A stretch of 64,000 nucleotides of DNA from Curvularia clavata (lineage: Eukaryota), in assembly GCA_023920165.1 (NCBI GenBank), contig CP089275.1, positions 3,100,001 through 3,164,000 on the forward strand, written 5' to 3'. Position numbers and translations under genes: made by a program. How positions within the stretch are numbered: the first letter of the stretch is position 1; each line of letters starts with the position of its first letter. Positions 1 through 12,701 of this stretch are shown one piece after another. Under the pieces are notes generated by a model. The model had not been told where the DNA came from. It was given only the letters and a program-made list of their open reading frames with translations, and searched no databases.

Positions 1-790
1 TGTATGATTTCTTTTTCTTGTGCGTGGCTGAATCGCTTTCTTGGTCTTTGCTTCATTTTTCTATTGCGTAGTTATGAATTTACATACATGCAGCATAAAT
101 AGTATTACATAACATAATACACATAGATACCCTCGTCGCGGTCCACAAAACATCATTCGAGCGATAACGCGCTGTTTGCCACATAGGGTTTTTGTTATCA
201 GACAATGGCAATGGCCATGGAACATAAGGCGTATGCAAGTGTTTGTATAAGCATCTCTAAGCTTTTCTTCGCGCGGCCAGGGTGTTGAGGAGCCCTGCCT
301 GTGTATGTGGAGACCAGTCCCATTTGCTGTCCATTCAAGGGAAGGCTACGGGGAAAAGAGTGGAGAGCGTGATGTTACTGTTACGAGAGCACTTCGGACT
401 TCCGGATGCGTGCAGCTTTTTCACCAATGTGGGCATTATTTGAGAAACTGGGACTGTGGCGAGAAATTGTGCTCAGGCTACAATGTCAATTTTGTCCGAG
501 TATGTATATCTGGTGTGGCCGCTAATTCCTAAGCTACCTGGTTTGAAACCCATGAATGAAATCATAAAACGCCTATCCATGCCATCCGTAGCCACCAATC
601 GCGAGTGATCTTTTTGTGATGTTGATATTGACTGTGAAAAAAAAAACGAAAAGGTATCATAACGTCGTAAACGCCCGCAGCACCTGGGCTAGTGTAGTAG
701 AACTCCTTCGCCACAAACTACGAGGTGTAGCCCACACCCACAGCGGGTCAAGTCAGAGTTGCTTTCGCAGCTAAGTGGCCTGCGTAACAC

Positions 791-1207
791 CTAGTAGATG
801 TTGGAAAGGAAGGTAGACCTCTCGAAGCTCAGGCGCCTCTGTCGCTCGGCGGCGGTCATCTCCGCAAAGCCCGGCGGGGCAGGATGCTTCGTGTTAACCG
901 CAAGAGGAGCGAAAATCTTAGGGCCAAGGACTGGTGAATCGGCAAGCTTTGTGGTGGGAGAAGATGGCGGGCTGATAGTGCTAGCCTCGGAGGCTGGGAC
1001 GCCGACGCTGCTTGTGACACTGGAGACGGAGGATACGGACTGGTGGCGGCCGCTGGCTGGACGGTTGGAAAGAAACCCGTGAGCAGGTACGACGGACTCG
1101 GTGGGAGATGACACAGTTGGGCTGAGTACTGTTTTCTTGACGGGAGTGTTGACAGCGAGAAATGTCTTGGGGAAGGGAATGTGGTAGGTTGGGCGGGTGG
1201 AAGCCAT
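791..1207 (-). CDS. Small Ser/Pro-rich hypothetical protein (138 aa, single exon)
   Basis: ATG in GCCATGG context, pyrimidine-rich leader, and a TATA-like CATATAAG about 140 nt upstream on the minus strand. Internally repeated motifs LAVNT and FLSN. No family recognised. Confidence 0.65.
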   Translation of the reverse strand: MASTRPTYHIPFPKTFLAVNTPVKKTVLSPTVSSPTESVVPAHGFLSNRPASGRHQSVSSVSSVTSSVGVPASEASTISPPSSPTTKLADSPVLGPKIFAPLAVNTKHPAPPGFAEMTAAERQRRLSFERSTFLSNIY

Positions 1208-1346
1208 GGCGCCAGGTTGGTTGTTGAAATGGTAGATGGGTAGTGGATGGATAAGTGGTAGATGGATAGGCTTGAGATGAAGAGTGTGGATGAGGAAGAG
1301 AGATAGCTTGGTTGTCTGGGGATTACTCGAGAGGCAGCAGGTACCC

Positions 1347-1354
1347 CTTATATG
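1347..1354 (-). promoter_or_regulatory. Putative TATA box of the 138-aa gene
   Basis: Minus strand reads CATATAAG, followed by a CT-rich leader and the ATG at 1207. Confidence 0.4.
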
Positions 1355-4300
1355 TCACTCGGGGATGCTTGTAATTGTGGGTGTTTAGGTTGGTGCCGTC
1401 TGTGGGTAACACAGTAGCGCTGCCAAGAAAGTTCCGCTGAGGCTTGCGTGGACCAGACGGGCCCTGTAACTGGCTGGAACGGCTTGGTGATCTACGAAAA
1501 GCAACTGAGACGCTTCTAAAGTGTCCGCCTATGGAGCTAGTGGATATATCGACTGTGGAATACTCCGCTTAGCATAAGAGATCTGGTTCCGCAAGCGACT
1601 TGGGGCCTGGGGTTGTAGCGCGGGATGTTGCAGTGCTTCCGCACGCTTGGTCTTGGCGGGCGAGCTGTGCTTGTTGATATGGACTGGTATTGGTCCGGCG
1701 GAGTTCCGGTGAGGGATGCTTAATTGACTGATAAGACTGTAAACAGGTGCGTGTTTCGCTGCGTAAGCCTCTGGGTGCGCCTATGTGTGTGATCGGCGCG
1801 GATTCTGAGGCTGTTTGTGGAGACAAAGAGCTTGGCAAGAGAGATACACAAGCACAAGAGTGTTTCCAGTGGGTTGAGTCGAGTCCCAGTGTCGAGTGGT
1901 GTCCGTGTTTATTGGTTCCAAGTCAATTTTGAGACCGGCAGGGTGCGCTTGGGGGTCGCAATGTCTTGGAGCACTTGGGCGACTATCAAGATGGCTTGGC
2001 AGAAGTTTAATTGTTTGACGCGGCGGCGGAGTGGAGATTTGGCGGTTTGCTGTGAGGAAGAAGAAAGTCAGAGTGTCTCTGGGTTTAATAGGGGCCCGGA
2101 TAGGATTTATCGGCTGCTTCGGTCCAAGGGCAGTCGCGCGGCTGGCGAGGAGGCGGAGAGTGAGATGGTCCGAGATGGAAGCGACGCGAAGGGCGCTTGA
2201 AGCAGGCCCGGCCTTTACGGCGTGGGCAAGATGTGGAAGACTGGGGTGCGAAATCTCAGCATGTAGCTCCACTATCTGCAAGCTGCAGGTCCTTAGTCGG
2301 TACAGGCGCGCGGCGGGTGGAGTTAGAGGCAGCGTAGACCACCACGTTGATGTAACTAGAGAGCTCTGTGGCTAGCCCTCGTGGGGGGTGTTTCTGACCA
2401 AGCAATGGATGCATCAAGTAAAAGAATGACGCGAATCCGCTCCGCCGCTGCCCCAGCCCGTGCTATAGGCCCATTTGTGCTGAGGACAGCATTGGGCTTG
2501 CATACGACAGCTCACGTCGTGCACGCCAGGCTGGGAGCCATGTGATGGCCATTTGCTTTTGAATCACCGTTCCTGGCAAAGCTAGGCGCATCCTCGCCCT
2601 CCATGCGGGGGTTAAGCATCGGCCGCAGGCGGATCCGCGCGTCCTGGTCTACCTTCGGCGAGGGTAAGCCGAAGATAGCCTCGAAGCTACTGTGCTTGGG
2701 GACGGGGGAGAGTTCACCACTTGCAGCGTGCGCCATGGCGTGACGGAGAGATGTGCGGGCGGTTTCTGGCGGAGTTAAGGGTGAGACACTCCTCCGAACT
2801 GACATAGTCGTTGACGGACGCTCACGGTCATCCCATTGCTGTGTAATACAAGGCGGCGATGCATACACGCGAGTCGGACATAAGCCATTCGCCCGCTACG
2901 CCTCAACGGCTCCAGACCTTCTACAATGGACATAGGAGACACGGGCCAGCTACGCCTCACACAGCTACGCCTCTTGGATACTCTGCATCCGGTGGTGCTA
3001 GGCGGCCATTTATCCCTGCATCACGGGCCTTGGACTGAAATGTGCAGTAGTCGGCTCTCCACGTATCAGCTTCTTGACTTGCAGCGATCTTCGTTATACA
3101 ATGTCAAAATATAGTATAGCAGCACCAAGTACAAACAGATTCGAATTCCATCTCTGGAAAAGTGTGCTTGTCTTATCTCGACACCTGTCAACCATCGAAA
3201 ACACAGCATCATATGGCCGACCAGGGTTACACAACAACACGCCCCATGCAAAAGTATGCCACCATGATGGTCCGCATACGCAATCGAAATTCAGTTCCAC
3301 AACGTCTTCATGGCGTATGTGGCCGAATCATACATCTGTCTGCAGACACAGCCCTTGGACAGCCGCCCAAGAGGTGGTGTGCGAGCAAAGCCACCTGGAC
3401 AAACACGCGTCCGGTGATTCCGCACCAATTTCTTGGAAACTGATGGTTGTGTTATTCTGAAACGACGTCATACTTGAGAGGCAACCTCCAACCACCTACG
3501 CAGAAATTACGCGTCTAGGCACAAAAACACCAATTCTTGCATGACGACTCTGGCTTGACCTTCTCGACTAGTATCACAACGGGTGTATACAAGCCCGCAT
3601 ATCCAGCCCACTTACTTAAAACATATCCCCGAGCCTTTTTATCCTGTAGAGTAGCCGGACTCAGCGCCGCCAGCAGCGGGGGATGCATATCAAGGAAGTG
3701 TGAAATAAGCGGTGTGACTAGGTCAGACTTGACCTGTAACCCCTGTCCATGTGCAGACCACCCCACACTATCTCCTAGTCCCTGGTCCGGTGAAGAATGC
3801 GGAGTACCAGAAAAAACATCAATAGTATGGTTCAACAAGGTCGAAGCCGTTTCAACGATATTTCATGTTTCGTCCTAGAGCCGGAGAAGTGCTCCTACGC
3901 ATGCGTGTCTAAGGGGGTCAAGGCATGCTCCAGTGCACCTGCTTGATTAGGACTGATTATCCATAGAGCAATGGACAAGTATGGATACTCTTGTGGGACG
4001 ATGTTATATAGTAGGTGTAAGATTTCTTTGCTGGCGATTGTCGTGAGCCATGCGTGGAGGCGAGGGAACTTAGCGTGTGGAACAATGGCGTCTTTTTAGC
4101 TGCTTAGTCTACACAACTCCATCAAATTTATGTCCCTTTCTGTTCAAGAATCTAAATCAGTAAGGTTGCATAAGAGGATTATGCTACGTGGCCACTCTTC
4201 ATGGTGTCTTCGATCAGCACTCCCACTATTTCTTGCGTACACGCCCAGCTCGCCGGCATCGAGCCCACTGCTTCGACAGCTGTAATAGAGGAGAATTCGG

Positions 4301-5974
4301 TTCACTTTCCAAGGGCCGCCCACACTACGACCTGCAGAAATTAAGCTATTAATCTTCCGGTCTGAGCACGCCGCCTTGCTTTGTCCAAGTGGGCCACTAG
4401 TCACAACACCAAATCGCAAGTGTGGGCGTCGTTGCAGCAAAGCTTGAGCGAACGCTAAGGCATGTGATAATCAGAGTTTGACGTCCCGTTCCGTTGCTCC
4501 AGCAGGGTATGCCAGTAACGCGTTGTCCAATGTAAACGTGGGGTACTATTCGTGCCAGAGTAGTTGTTCAGAGTCGACGATAAGCTTTGCTTTACAGTTA
4601 CCACATGACTATGCGCATCGTGGCTCAAACCCTGATTGGATCTTATTGCGTCACGTGCCTCTAAGTCATTTAGCAGGTACCATAGTAAATCAGTAGTTGA
4701 TTTCGCCTATTGAAGCTTCGAATGTTTGGCGGCCAAAGTTGCCAGTCCAGCCTCCTTTCATATGAATGTCTGGAGTTTTTACCGCAACATCACACACGCA
4801 ATGATCCTTGAACGGTTTTCGTAGAGCGGAGTTCCAGCACCTGTACACATGATTGCTCAAGTCTGACTTTCACATCAGTCGCTAGCGCCTTGGCGTTGAC
4901 TACAAACCGTCACGACTCTTGCTTTTTCCCACTCAATGGTGAACATCCCCGCATTCAAACCTCCCTCTTCAGTGACTGTCGAAAGTTCCATGGAAATTTG
5001 TAAACGCCAAGTCAACGCCATATGCGACTTTTACGTTGTGCGTGATTGGCAATGCATCTAGTTCAAGAGCGCCAATCTTCCAAGTCATCACAGAGCAACA
5101 GAGCAGGTAATCATGGTAGCAATTGACTTTCTAAGCTTGTTACAATACGTCAGACTCTTTTTTAGCCTTTTCTTTACTGATTATGCGATGCTTTCTGCCC
5201 GTTTGAGACTCCCATCTCGTCGAAGCTAAACACCAAATATTTGATATTGGCTGTTGAACCAGATGCTGCAGGGGTATGTTACTGCGGTAAATGTCTCTGC
5301 CTTTTTAATTCATATAGACCTCGGGAAGACTGGCATAGAACAGTCAACATTCTTTGTTTCCATCCCACTATTCTCTCTACTCCATTCGCTTCTTTCACGT
5401 GTCATATCATCTCAATTCCTCCATGCCTTACTAAAGTTATAACGTTCCTCGATATAATTACTCTTCAGCCGAATGATCTTCAAGTATTCTTAATACATGA
5501 CAACATACCCTCCTGTTCATTCATCGTTTCTGCATTTCCACGTTCTAGTACATACTCATTCACTTCTTTGTTCATTCAATATCTATCATAGCCCATTGTT
5601 ATTGCCCTCAGTTCGATCGCCATCCTATCATGCTCTACTCCGAATCGCTCACCATCATCTTAACTTTCTCTCGGTGCCATAACATTGCGTCGTGCATGTA
5701 CTTCACTCCTCACTCCTCACAGTCGGAGCAAACGGCCGTGGGGACTCCTCCCTCATGGCATGCCGTCTCATAGCCCCACTCTCCCTCATGCTCGCCACGC
5801 CAAAGTAGCAAACGCGAGCCTCCGAAGCGTAATATATCAAGGTCGTTTGCCCCCGCCAACCTCAACACCTCCATCCCACACTCACTCAATTCTACACTCT
5901 TTTACACCACTGATTCCAACATTGCTTTGCATCGCACCTTGGTCGAGTCTCATACATATCAAAGGCGACTCACT

Positions 5975-7216
5975 ATGGCTCCCAATCGCGTTGCCGACAG
6001 TAAGTGTCACTGACCTGAGAAATTTATCTAGATTTACAGAATCAGGCGTGGCCAAGAAGCTGGAGTTCCTCAAGATCTTCACCCAGCTGCGCGCCATCAT
6101 CAAGCGTGATCATAGCAATGACGCAGTCGAGGGCTCTAGCGGAGATGTTGCGGTTGCGAAGTCTGCCAGTGACGATGCCGACTCTGCTACGACCACCAAG
6201 GTTTCTCCTACCAGCACCAAGGTGTCTGTCACCGACACCAAGGTCGCTCTCATCAATGACGAAGTCTCTGTCACCAGCACTAAAGTATCTGTCACTAAGG
6301 CCAAGATGCCTGTCTCGGCTCATGCCAAGGTAAGTGTTGCTTCATCTGAATGAGAGTCACTATCTGACTGCACCGACAGATTATGCCTAAGCTGCCAGTT
6401 GAGATCATCGCCGAGATCGGATCCTACCTGGACATGCGCGATATCAAGAAGATGCGCCTTGTCTGCAAGCAGTTCCGCTACGCGACCAATATCATCTTCG
6501 GTAAGGCTCTCGTCACCAACCGCACCCTCTATCCCACCTACGCCAGCGTCTCCCATTTCCTCAACATGCTGCTTTCCGACCGTGACTGGGCCCCTTTAGT
6601 CCAGACTATTACTTTGGTAAGCGATGCTCCGAGGGTGAACGAACATGGTGCTAGCTGGGCATGGGATGTGATGGAGGGCCAGCATGCTTTCAATCCCAAT
6701 ACGAAAGACCGGGCTGTCAAACACTTTCTCAATGCCGAACACAAGATGTTCTGTCGCGACAACGATTTCTTCATTACCACTGGCGGCTACCGCACCCTTC
6801 TGAGTAAGTAACCCCCCTTTGCTTTACGGCACCCACCAATGCCTTCCCCTGTGCGCCCCCAAGAAATCCGAAAAAAATCTCCTAATGCACCGAGTACAGC
6901 GATGATCTTCTCGCACCTCACCAACCTCCACACGGTCAAGGTCCGCAGGATCCGTAAGGCCGAGCACATCCCCGAGTTCAAGGCTACGGTGGCCCTCAAG
7001 GACTTGTCTTACTATCGTGAGGACATGGACACTCGCCTCGTCTTCTACGGCGACTGGCAGTACGATACCTTGCACCGTCGCGTCACCACCTGGGTCGATG
7101 AGTATGGCGAACAGATCATCCCTGACGAGAGTGGTCCCCAGGTCGGATTTTCGCAGGATATCGCGGCCGCGCTGGGATACACCTGTCGCGAGGTTATTGT
7201 CGAGATTGTTGCTTGA
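5975..7216 (+). CDS. F-box domain protein, 4 exons (introns 6000-6039, 6330-6379, 6804-6899)
   Basis: All three introns are GTAAGT...CAG with branch-like CTGAC/CTAAT, and splicing joins the ORF fragments in frame (MAPNRVADKSGVAKK...HAKIMPKLPVEIIAEIGSYLDMRDIKKMRLVCKQF...LLTMIFSHL...). LPxEIIxxIxSYL...RLVCKxF matches the F-box consensus. Confidence 0.75.
6195..6341 (+). repeat. Degenerate 21-nt (7-aa) coding tandem repeat, about 7 units (TKVSPTS/TKVSVTD/TKVALIN/DEVSVTS/TKVSVTK/AKMPVSAH/AKVSVA)
   Basis: Units start at 6195, 6216, 6237, 6258, 6279, 6300 and 6324, e.g. accaaggtgtctgtcaccgac and actaaagtatctgtcactaag. Confidence 0.85.
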
Positions 7217-7573
7217 TTCAGCGACGGACTGAGCACACTGTCTGATACGCGAATGGAGTCCACTCACCATCTCGTGGTATGTGGGCCAACGGGTGTCGGC
7301 AAGACTCAGAATGATATGCATGGGGGATGAATTGCTTTCTTCTGCTACTGGGTCTTTTGTACGATATTTGAGTTGTGGACAGATGATGGTATACCCAATT
7401 GTCTATGGGGGGAGGAGAGGACCAGTGCAGCATGAAAGGTTTTTTACTGGCCGGATGATTCAATCATGATTCAGAGGATGGTCCAGCGGGTACCTTAACG
7501 GATGGTACAAGAAGAAATAAATAAAAACCTATTACGGTTAACTATCTGAGTTTCTTTGCGTGATGTCTACACC

Positions 7574-8800
7574 TCAACTCTCCCCAAACGCAAACGTTCT
7601 CCAATTCTTCCCGAGCTGTCTCACCCCTTCCTCCAACCCCCACCCCTTAATCCTACATATCCTTCTCACAATGTCCTCCAACCTTCTATCCATCTCATAC
7701 CCCGCAGTATGCAAATCGCTCTCTACCAGCAGCATATGATCCGGCACCGTCCTGACCAATTCCTCGAAACTCGCCGGCGTCTCTTCATCCAGCGCGTCAG
7801 AGAGATTGATTGCGGTACTAAAACTCGCAAAGATCTGTGCTGGAATAGCAGGATTCAGGTACTGTCTGAAATTAGAGACGTTGCCAGAGTAGGAATGGAG
7901 ACAGATTCGTGGCGGGTAGGGCTTGGCCTCGCTATCGCTGTCTGGTGTGCTGTCGGCATCGGCTTCAATCACCGCTTCAGCAGCTGGATGATCTTGCCCA
8001 CGTTTCTTGCGCTCGCGTTTACTCAGCACTTGTTTCTCGTGGCCTTTCCAGAGATCAGACAAGACTTCTAGGACTAGCCCGTGCGCCTGTACGCCGTGGA
8101 CGCTGACGGCGCGTCGCGCTTCTGCAGCAAGTTGAAGCTGTAGCTTGAAGATCTTCTTTTGATGAGCTGGACTGGAGCGAAAGGGAGTTAGGCGGCGTCC
8201 CTCGCGGCCACCGGGGGTCAGGGTGTTGTCGCGTTTTGCCCAGAGGTCTTGGTTTCCGGTCCAGGATTCCGGGATGCGAAAAGAGCGGTCGAGACCGATT
8301 TCGCCGACGAGGGCATAGGGGTATTGATGGAGGTACTTTCGAGTGGCAGATAGGAAGGCGGAGAAGGGGGTGGGGTCCGGGAGGGAGAGGTAGATCTGGA
8401 TGTCTTGTTCGCTGGGGTCCTCGCGGGATGGCTGAAGGACGGTTTTGTAGTGAGCGATTTTGTCGTCTCCGGTAAGAGGGCCTTGCTCTTGAAGGTTGCT
8501 CTCCGGGTCGATATCTTGTGTGAGGTACATTTGATATGAAAACCAGGGATGCCAGCCGAAACAGGGTACGATGCACTCTTCTCTTTGCCATTGAGAAGGG
8601 TCGGCTGACTTGACGCTGTGCTTGTCCGCTGTAGCAGTAACGAGATCTTGGTCTTCAGCTCTCGTTGCCATGACCGTGAGCACTCGTGCCTTCATCTTTT
8701 GTATTGTTTCGATACTCGACATGGTATCGGTTGGATGGCAATGCGCATCGTAGACGCCTAGATTCCAGGGAAATTCTTCCTCGCTCTTGTTCGCTGCCAT
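7574..8800 (-). CDS. TatD-family metal-dependent hydrolase (Cut9-interacting protein Scn1-like)
   Basis: Motifs DAHCH, FGWHPW, GEIGLD, SVH, CLHSY and ESD are typical of the TatD fold. Intronless, ATG at 8800 (MAANKSEEEFPW). Confidence 0.88.
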   Translation of the reverse strand: MAANKSEEEFPWNLGVYDAHCHPTDTMSSIETIQKMKARVLTVMATRAEDQDLVTATADKHSVKSADPSQWQREECIVPCFGWHPWFSYQMYLTQDIDPESNLQEQGPLTGDDKIAHYKTVLQPSREDPSEQDIQIYLSLPDPTPFSAFLSATRKYLHQYPYALVGEIGLDRSFRIPESWTGNQDLWAKRDNTLTPGGREGRRLTPFRSSPAHQKKIFKLQLQLAAEARRAVSVHGVQAHGLVLEVLSDLWKGHEKQVLSKRERKKRGQDHPAAEAVIEADADSTPDSDSEAKPYPPRICLHSYSGNVSNFRQYLNPAIPAQIFASFSTAINLSDALDEETPASFEELVRTVPDHMLLVESDLHTAGYEMDRRLEDIVRRICRIKGWGLEEGVRQLGKNWRTFAFGES

Positions 8801-9540
8801 TGTGCTTGAGAACACGGTCCTGCTACAAAGCCTCAACTTCTAGCTCTGTCTTTGCTGTCTGTGATGCAAATTCAAATAGCATCTTTGGTATGACGTACCT
8901 GTGAGGCTGTTCGGACTAGTCCTTTTTCCGGCTACCGGCATCCCCTCGATCTGGCATGCATGTGTAACCCCGCAGCGCATCCCGCAACCCGGCGCGGCTA
9001 TGTCGATAAGGCAACCACTCTCAACGACTCATAGTAGACAATGTCTTACAGCCGGTATTGCCCCGCAACACGCCCTACACATGCTTAAAGAGTGCCCTAT
9101 TATATCCTGTTCTGTCAGTATCATCATCCTCGGTCCCGCCTCTTGGCTTTGAAGCGTCGAGCCAGGAGTACAGAGGTACATACCATTTTCCTTTTTGGGA
9201 CGTGCATGCATGCACACATTCACGCGTCTAATTACTCGTGGAGTTGCCACCAGACTCGTAGAAGCCAATGGTGTACAGTATCTTGCGTTCACTCGAGCGG
9301 CGTTGCCGTTGATTCAATGGTAGCACAATGATTACCTGCGGGTGCTGCAGCCAAGTCTTACACAATCAGCCTCGTCCATTCGTAACAGAAGTACGAAATG
9401 TAAATACGAAGTTCCCCTTTTGGTGATTATCTACTCGCTACTCTTGACGGACGTGTAAGAGGACCGGGATGGAGCTCCGGATAGGCAACTGCCCCTCACT
9501 GGAGTGGAATGTCCTCGTGAGCATGCTTGCATATACAAAT

Positions 9541-9548
9541 ATATAAAT
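9541..9548 (+). promoter_or_regulatory. Putative TATA box of the SDR gene
   Basis: ATATAAAT about 200 nt upstream of the ATG at 9743, followed by a CT-rich leader. Confidence 0.4.
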
Positions 9549-9742
9549 GTACCTTCATGTCCAGACTGTACCTCTTGGATACTTCTCTCCTCTTTCATTT
9601 CCCTCATTGCCAGTCATGATTTTCACTGTATAGACAATCCGCCAATTGACTTGATCCATATACTCCAACATAGACTTGCAATCTAACCATAACCTCCTGG
9701 AGAGAGAGCCTAAAATATAGAGACATCCCCATCTAACTTACT

Positions 9743-10684
9743 ATGCCCGGCCGTCTCGAAAACAGGGTGGCAGTAATAACTGGCGCCTCCTCAGGCATCG
9801 GGCGCGCCATAGCCCTAGCCTACGCCTCGGAAGGCGCCACCCTCATCTGCTCCGACATCATCTCCACTCCCAGCAGCCCCGAGCAACCCAGCACGGTAGA
9901 CGCCGCAACGGCTCTCGGTGCCACCGCCTCATTCATAAAATGCGACACATCCAACTCATCAGACATACAAGCCCTTATTTCCACGGCGGTCCAGCAATAC
10001 GGCCGCATCGACATCATGGTCAACAACGCAGGCATCAGCGTCGAAGGCGGGGAGCACGGCGCTCGACCAGTATGGGATGTTGAAGAGGAGGCATTTGAGC
10101 GCACGCTGGATGTCAACGTCAAGGGCGTTTTTCTGGGCACAAAGTATGCGGCTAGACAGATGGTGCGGCAGGAGCCCGGCCCGAGTGGTGATCGAGGCTG
10201 GATCATTAATTTGGCAAGTGTGTTTGGGCTGAGGGCCGCGCCGGGGCTATGTGAGTATTTTAAGTTTCGTTGCTGTGATTATGTGCGTGGGATGTTACGA
10301 TTTCTGTTTTGGAATATTTGAGGATATCAAGAGAGAGAGAGAGAGGGACTTGGCTAACCATGGATTTTGTTATCGAATATAGCCAGCTATGTGGCGTCTA
10401 AGCATGCGGTCATGGGCTTCACGCGTGCAACGGCCTTGGATTGCGCGCCTCATCGTATCCATGTCAATGCGCTGTGTCCTGGGTTCACGGCGACGCCCTT
10501 CATAGCGCGATTGATGCAGCCAGACGCTCACGAAAGAAGGAGTGCAGTCGAGGCGAGACATCCGTTCAAGGGACTAGGAAAGGCAGAGGATATTGCCAGA
10601 GCGGCTGTTTTTCTGGCGAGCGGAGACGCAGCGTGGGTTACAGGCGTGGGCATGCCTGTTGATGGGGGGTATAGCTGTTTATAA
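9743..10684 (+). CDS. Classical short-chain dehydrogenase/reductase (intron 10251-10382)
   Basis: TGASSGIG Rossmann motif, NNAG, catalytic S...YVASK (YxxxK just downstream of the GTGAGT...TAG intron), VNALCPG and VDGG. Confidence 0.93.
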
Positions 10685-11320
10685 AGAGGAAAAAGACATC
10701 AGTAGCGAAGAGGCGAATGTCAGTTGCGGCATTGGCATGTTTTACATTTGGAGGACTCAGCTATGCTATGTACACCCAAAGGGAGCCTATGTGAGATGGT
10801 CCCCTCTGCTTGCATCATTACAACTAGTCTATGTCACCTATTCGACAGGCCGTCTCGCGTACTTGCAACAAGCGGGAACAAGGAAAAAAAATGGAACGAC
10901 GAAACAAACAAAAAACAAATACACGCTCCTTGTTGCACCTGACTTCTCCCATCCAATGATAAGAAAAAATGATGCAAATTGATATGGACCGTAGGTATTA
11001 CAAACGAACAATGCAAAAAGGAAATCTCACCAAGGGTGGAGACGCTACGACAACGCCAGAGCTATGCCATTGTCATGGATCTTACGAGTAAAAAGACTTA
11101 ATGGAAGGAGGACGAAGACGCATGCGATTAGGAAAACGAAAAGGGTGGGAATACACGGGTTGCCACTGCTTGGGAGACGCGCCTGATCTATGTCGGAGGA
11201 CGTCGTCGGCTTTGTTACTGCGTTTGGGTAGAACAACATCAGTCACCATGTCAGGACTGGTATGGTATAATACAGGGGTGAAGGAGTGTGGGGAAGGTAA
11301 GACGGGTAGTGGCCAAGGCA

Positions 11321-12701
11321 CTACCTTGCTACACGGTGGATCAACCTGGGGAAACACGTTAGTGAGGCTGACAGAGACGAGGAAACAAACCACGTACCTC
11401 AGCGTACTAATAGCAAATGTGGCGATCCACGCAATGAGGGCAATGAAGAGGGTAGCTGTCAAGCCCTTTTGTCTCTCACAGATGCTCGTTCTGTAGGGAC
11501 AAGCATTCTCGCTGCCAGATTCGACGCACGCCCACTTCTCATCTGTCAGAGCTTGAAAGGCAAGACTAAGGTTGGCGGATTCGAAAACAATAAAAGCTAG
11601 ATCGAGAAAGATCAAGGACATTTTTGCGTTGTGGGAGCGCAGTCCAAGGGGCTTTGACGTATATTCGTCATAGGTGATGTAGACGGTGTAGAGGATGGCG
11701 ACAATGTCGACGAGAATGGCCATCCATGTGGATGAGTTGTTGGTACAGCCGAAGTTATCGGAATGGCGGTAGATGGAGCTTGCTAGAGAGAGGGCGAGGA
11801 TGGAGAAGATGAGGACAATGGCACGGATCACGGCAGGGACCATGGGATGGTTCATTATGGTGTTGTGGAAACGTATCAGCTTGCGCTTTCTTTTTTCCGA
11901 GGTGAAGAGCCAGAAACCCTTGATGGGTTCGTCGGTCGCAGCCTCGCTAATGGGCTCCCACTTTTGCTCGAGGTCAGGCATGTTGTCCCGGAGCCAGTCG
12001 TCGTCTACAATCTGGCCACGCGACGAGATGGGGCGGTCGAGGTTCGAGGCCTGGGTGAACTGCTTCCATTTTGGAGCCGTGTCGCTGACGGGCGTAGCAA
12101 GAGTAACGGGCGTGCCCTCGCGGACATGGTCGAACTTGCGGCCGGGGACGTTTGACTTTGGGGTTGGGCAGAAGTTGTGGTTGGCGTGACGGACCGTCGA
12201 GGGCGTCCGGGGCAGGAGAAAGGAGGTCGCGTCAACATTCTCCTCGTCCTCGGCCGACTGGACCCATGGGGGCAGCGAGCGAACAGCACGCTGGCGTTCT
12301 CTGTTTTCCGCACTGGCGGTGAGACTCCGGTTCGAGGACGCCAGGGTGCGCGGAGTGCTCGAGATGGAGTAGGCCTGGCTCTTCCTGGTAGCGGTGCCGT
12401 CGTGGCTGTCCTTGGAGACGCCGGAGATGGCGCTGATTCTCGACTGGGGACGCTGGTGCGAGGACGAGGTGGGTGGCGAGAGGGGCGAGGGAAGTAGTCT
12501 GTTGGCGTGAGGCTGGGTCGGGGCTGTGGTCGGGGTCTGTGTCTGGGTGGACGAGGACGAGGACGAGGCGGAGACAGCAGGCGAGGGCGACGTCAGGGCA
12601 GCCACGTCGGGACGGAGAAGGGAGGAGGACGTGTCGGGAAGCGAGTGAATGCCATGTTGGTTGTCGGTCGTCGAGGGCTCGCCCATGGGGGTGCTGGTCA
12701 T
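11321..12701 (-). CDS. SRF1: Multi-pass membrane protein resembling the phospholipase D regulator Srf1 (intron 11346-11397)
   Basis: Long disordered Ser/Pro-rich N-terminus, then about 4 hydrophobic helices with YDEYTSKPLGLR...FLDLAFIVFESANLSLAF. A GTACGT...CTAAC...CAG intron gives the C-terminus STLRLIHRVAR*. Family recognised from memory. Confidence 0.7.

Noticed and set aside
1569..4696. Many short overlapping ORFs and a thrice-repeated GCTACGCCTC (about 2895-2973) as a transposon relic
   Set aside because: No transposase or reverse-transcriptase motifs, terminal repeats or evident RIP-like AT enrichment.
11082..11320. C-terminal extension of the 539-aa ORF
   Set aside because: It arises from reading through a canonical intron (11346-11397). 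The spliced product stops at 11321.
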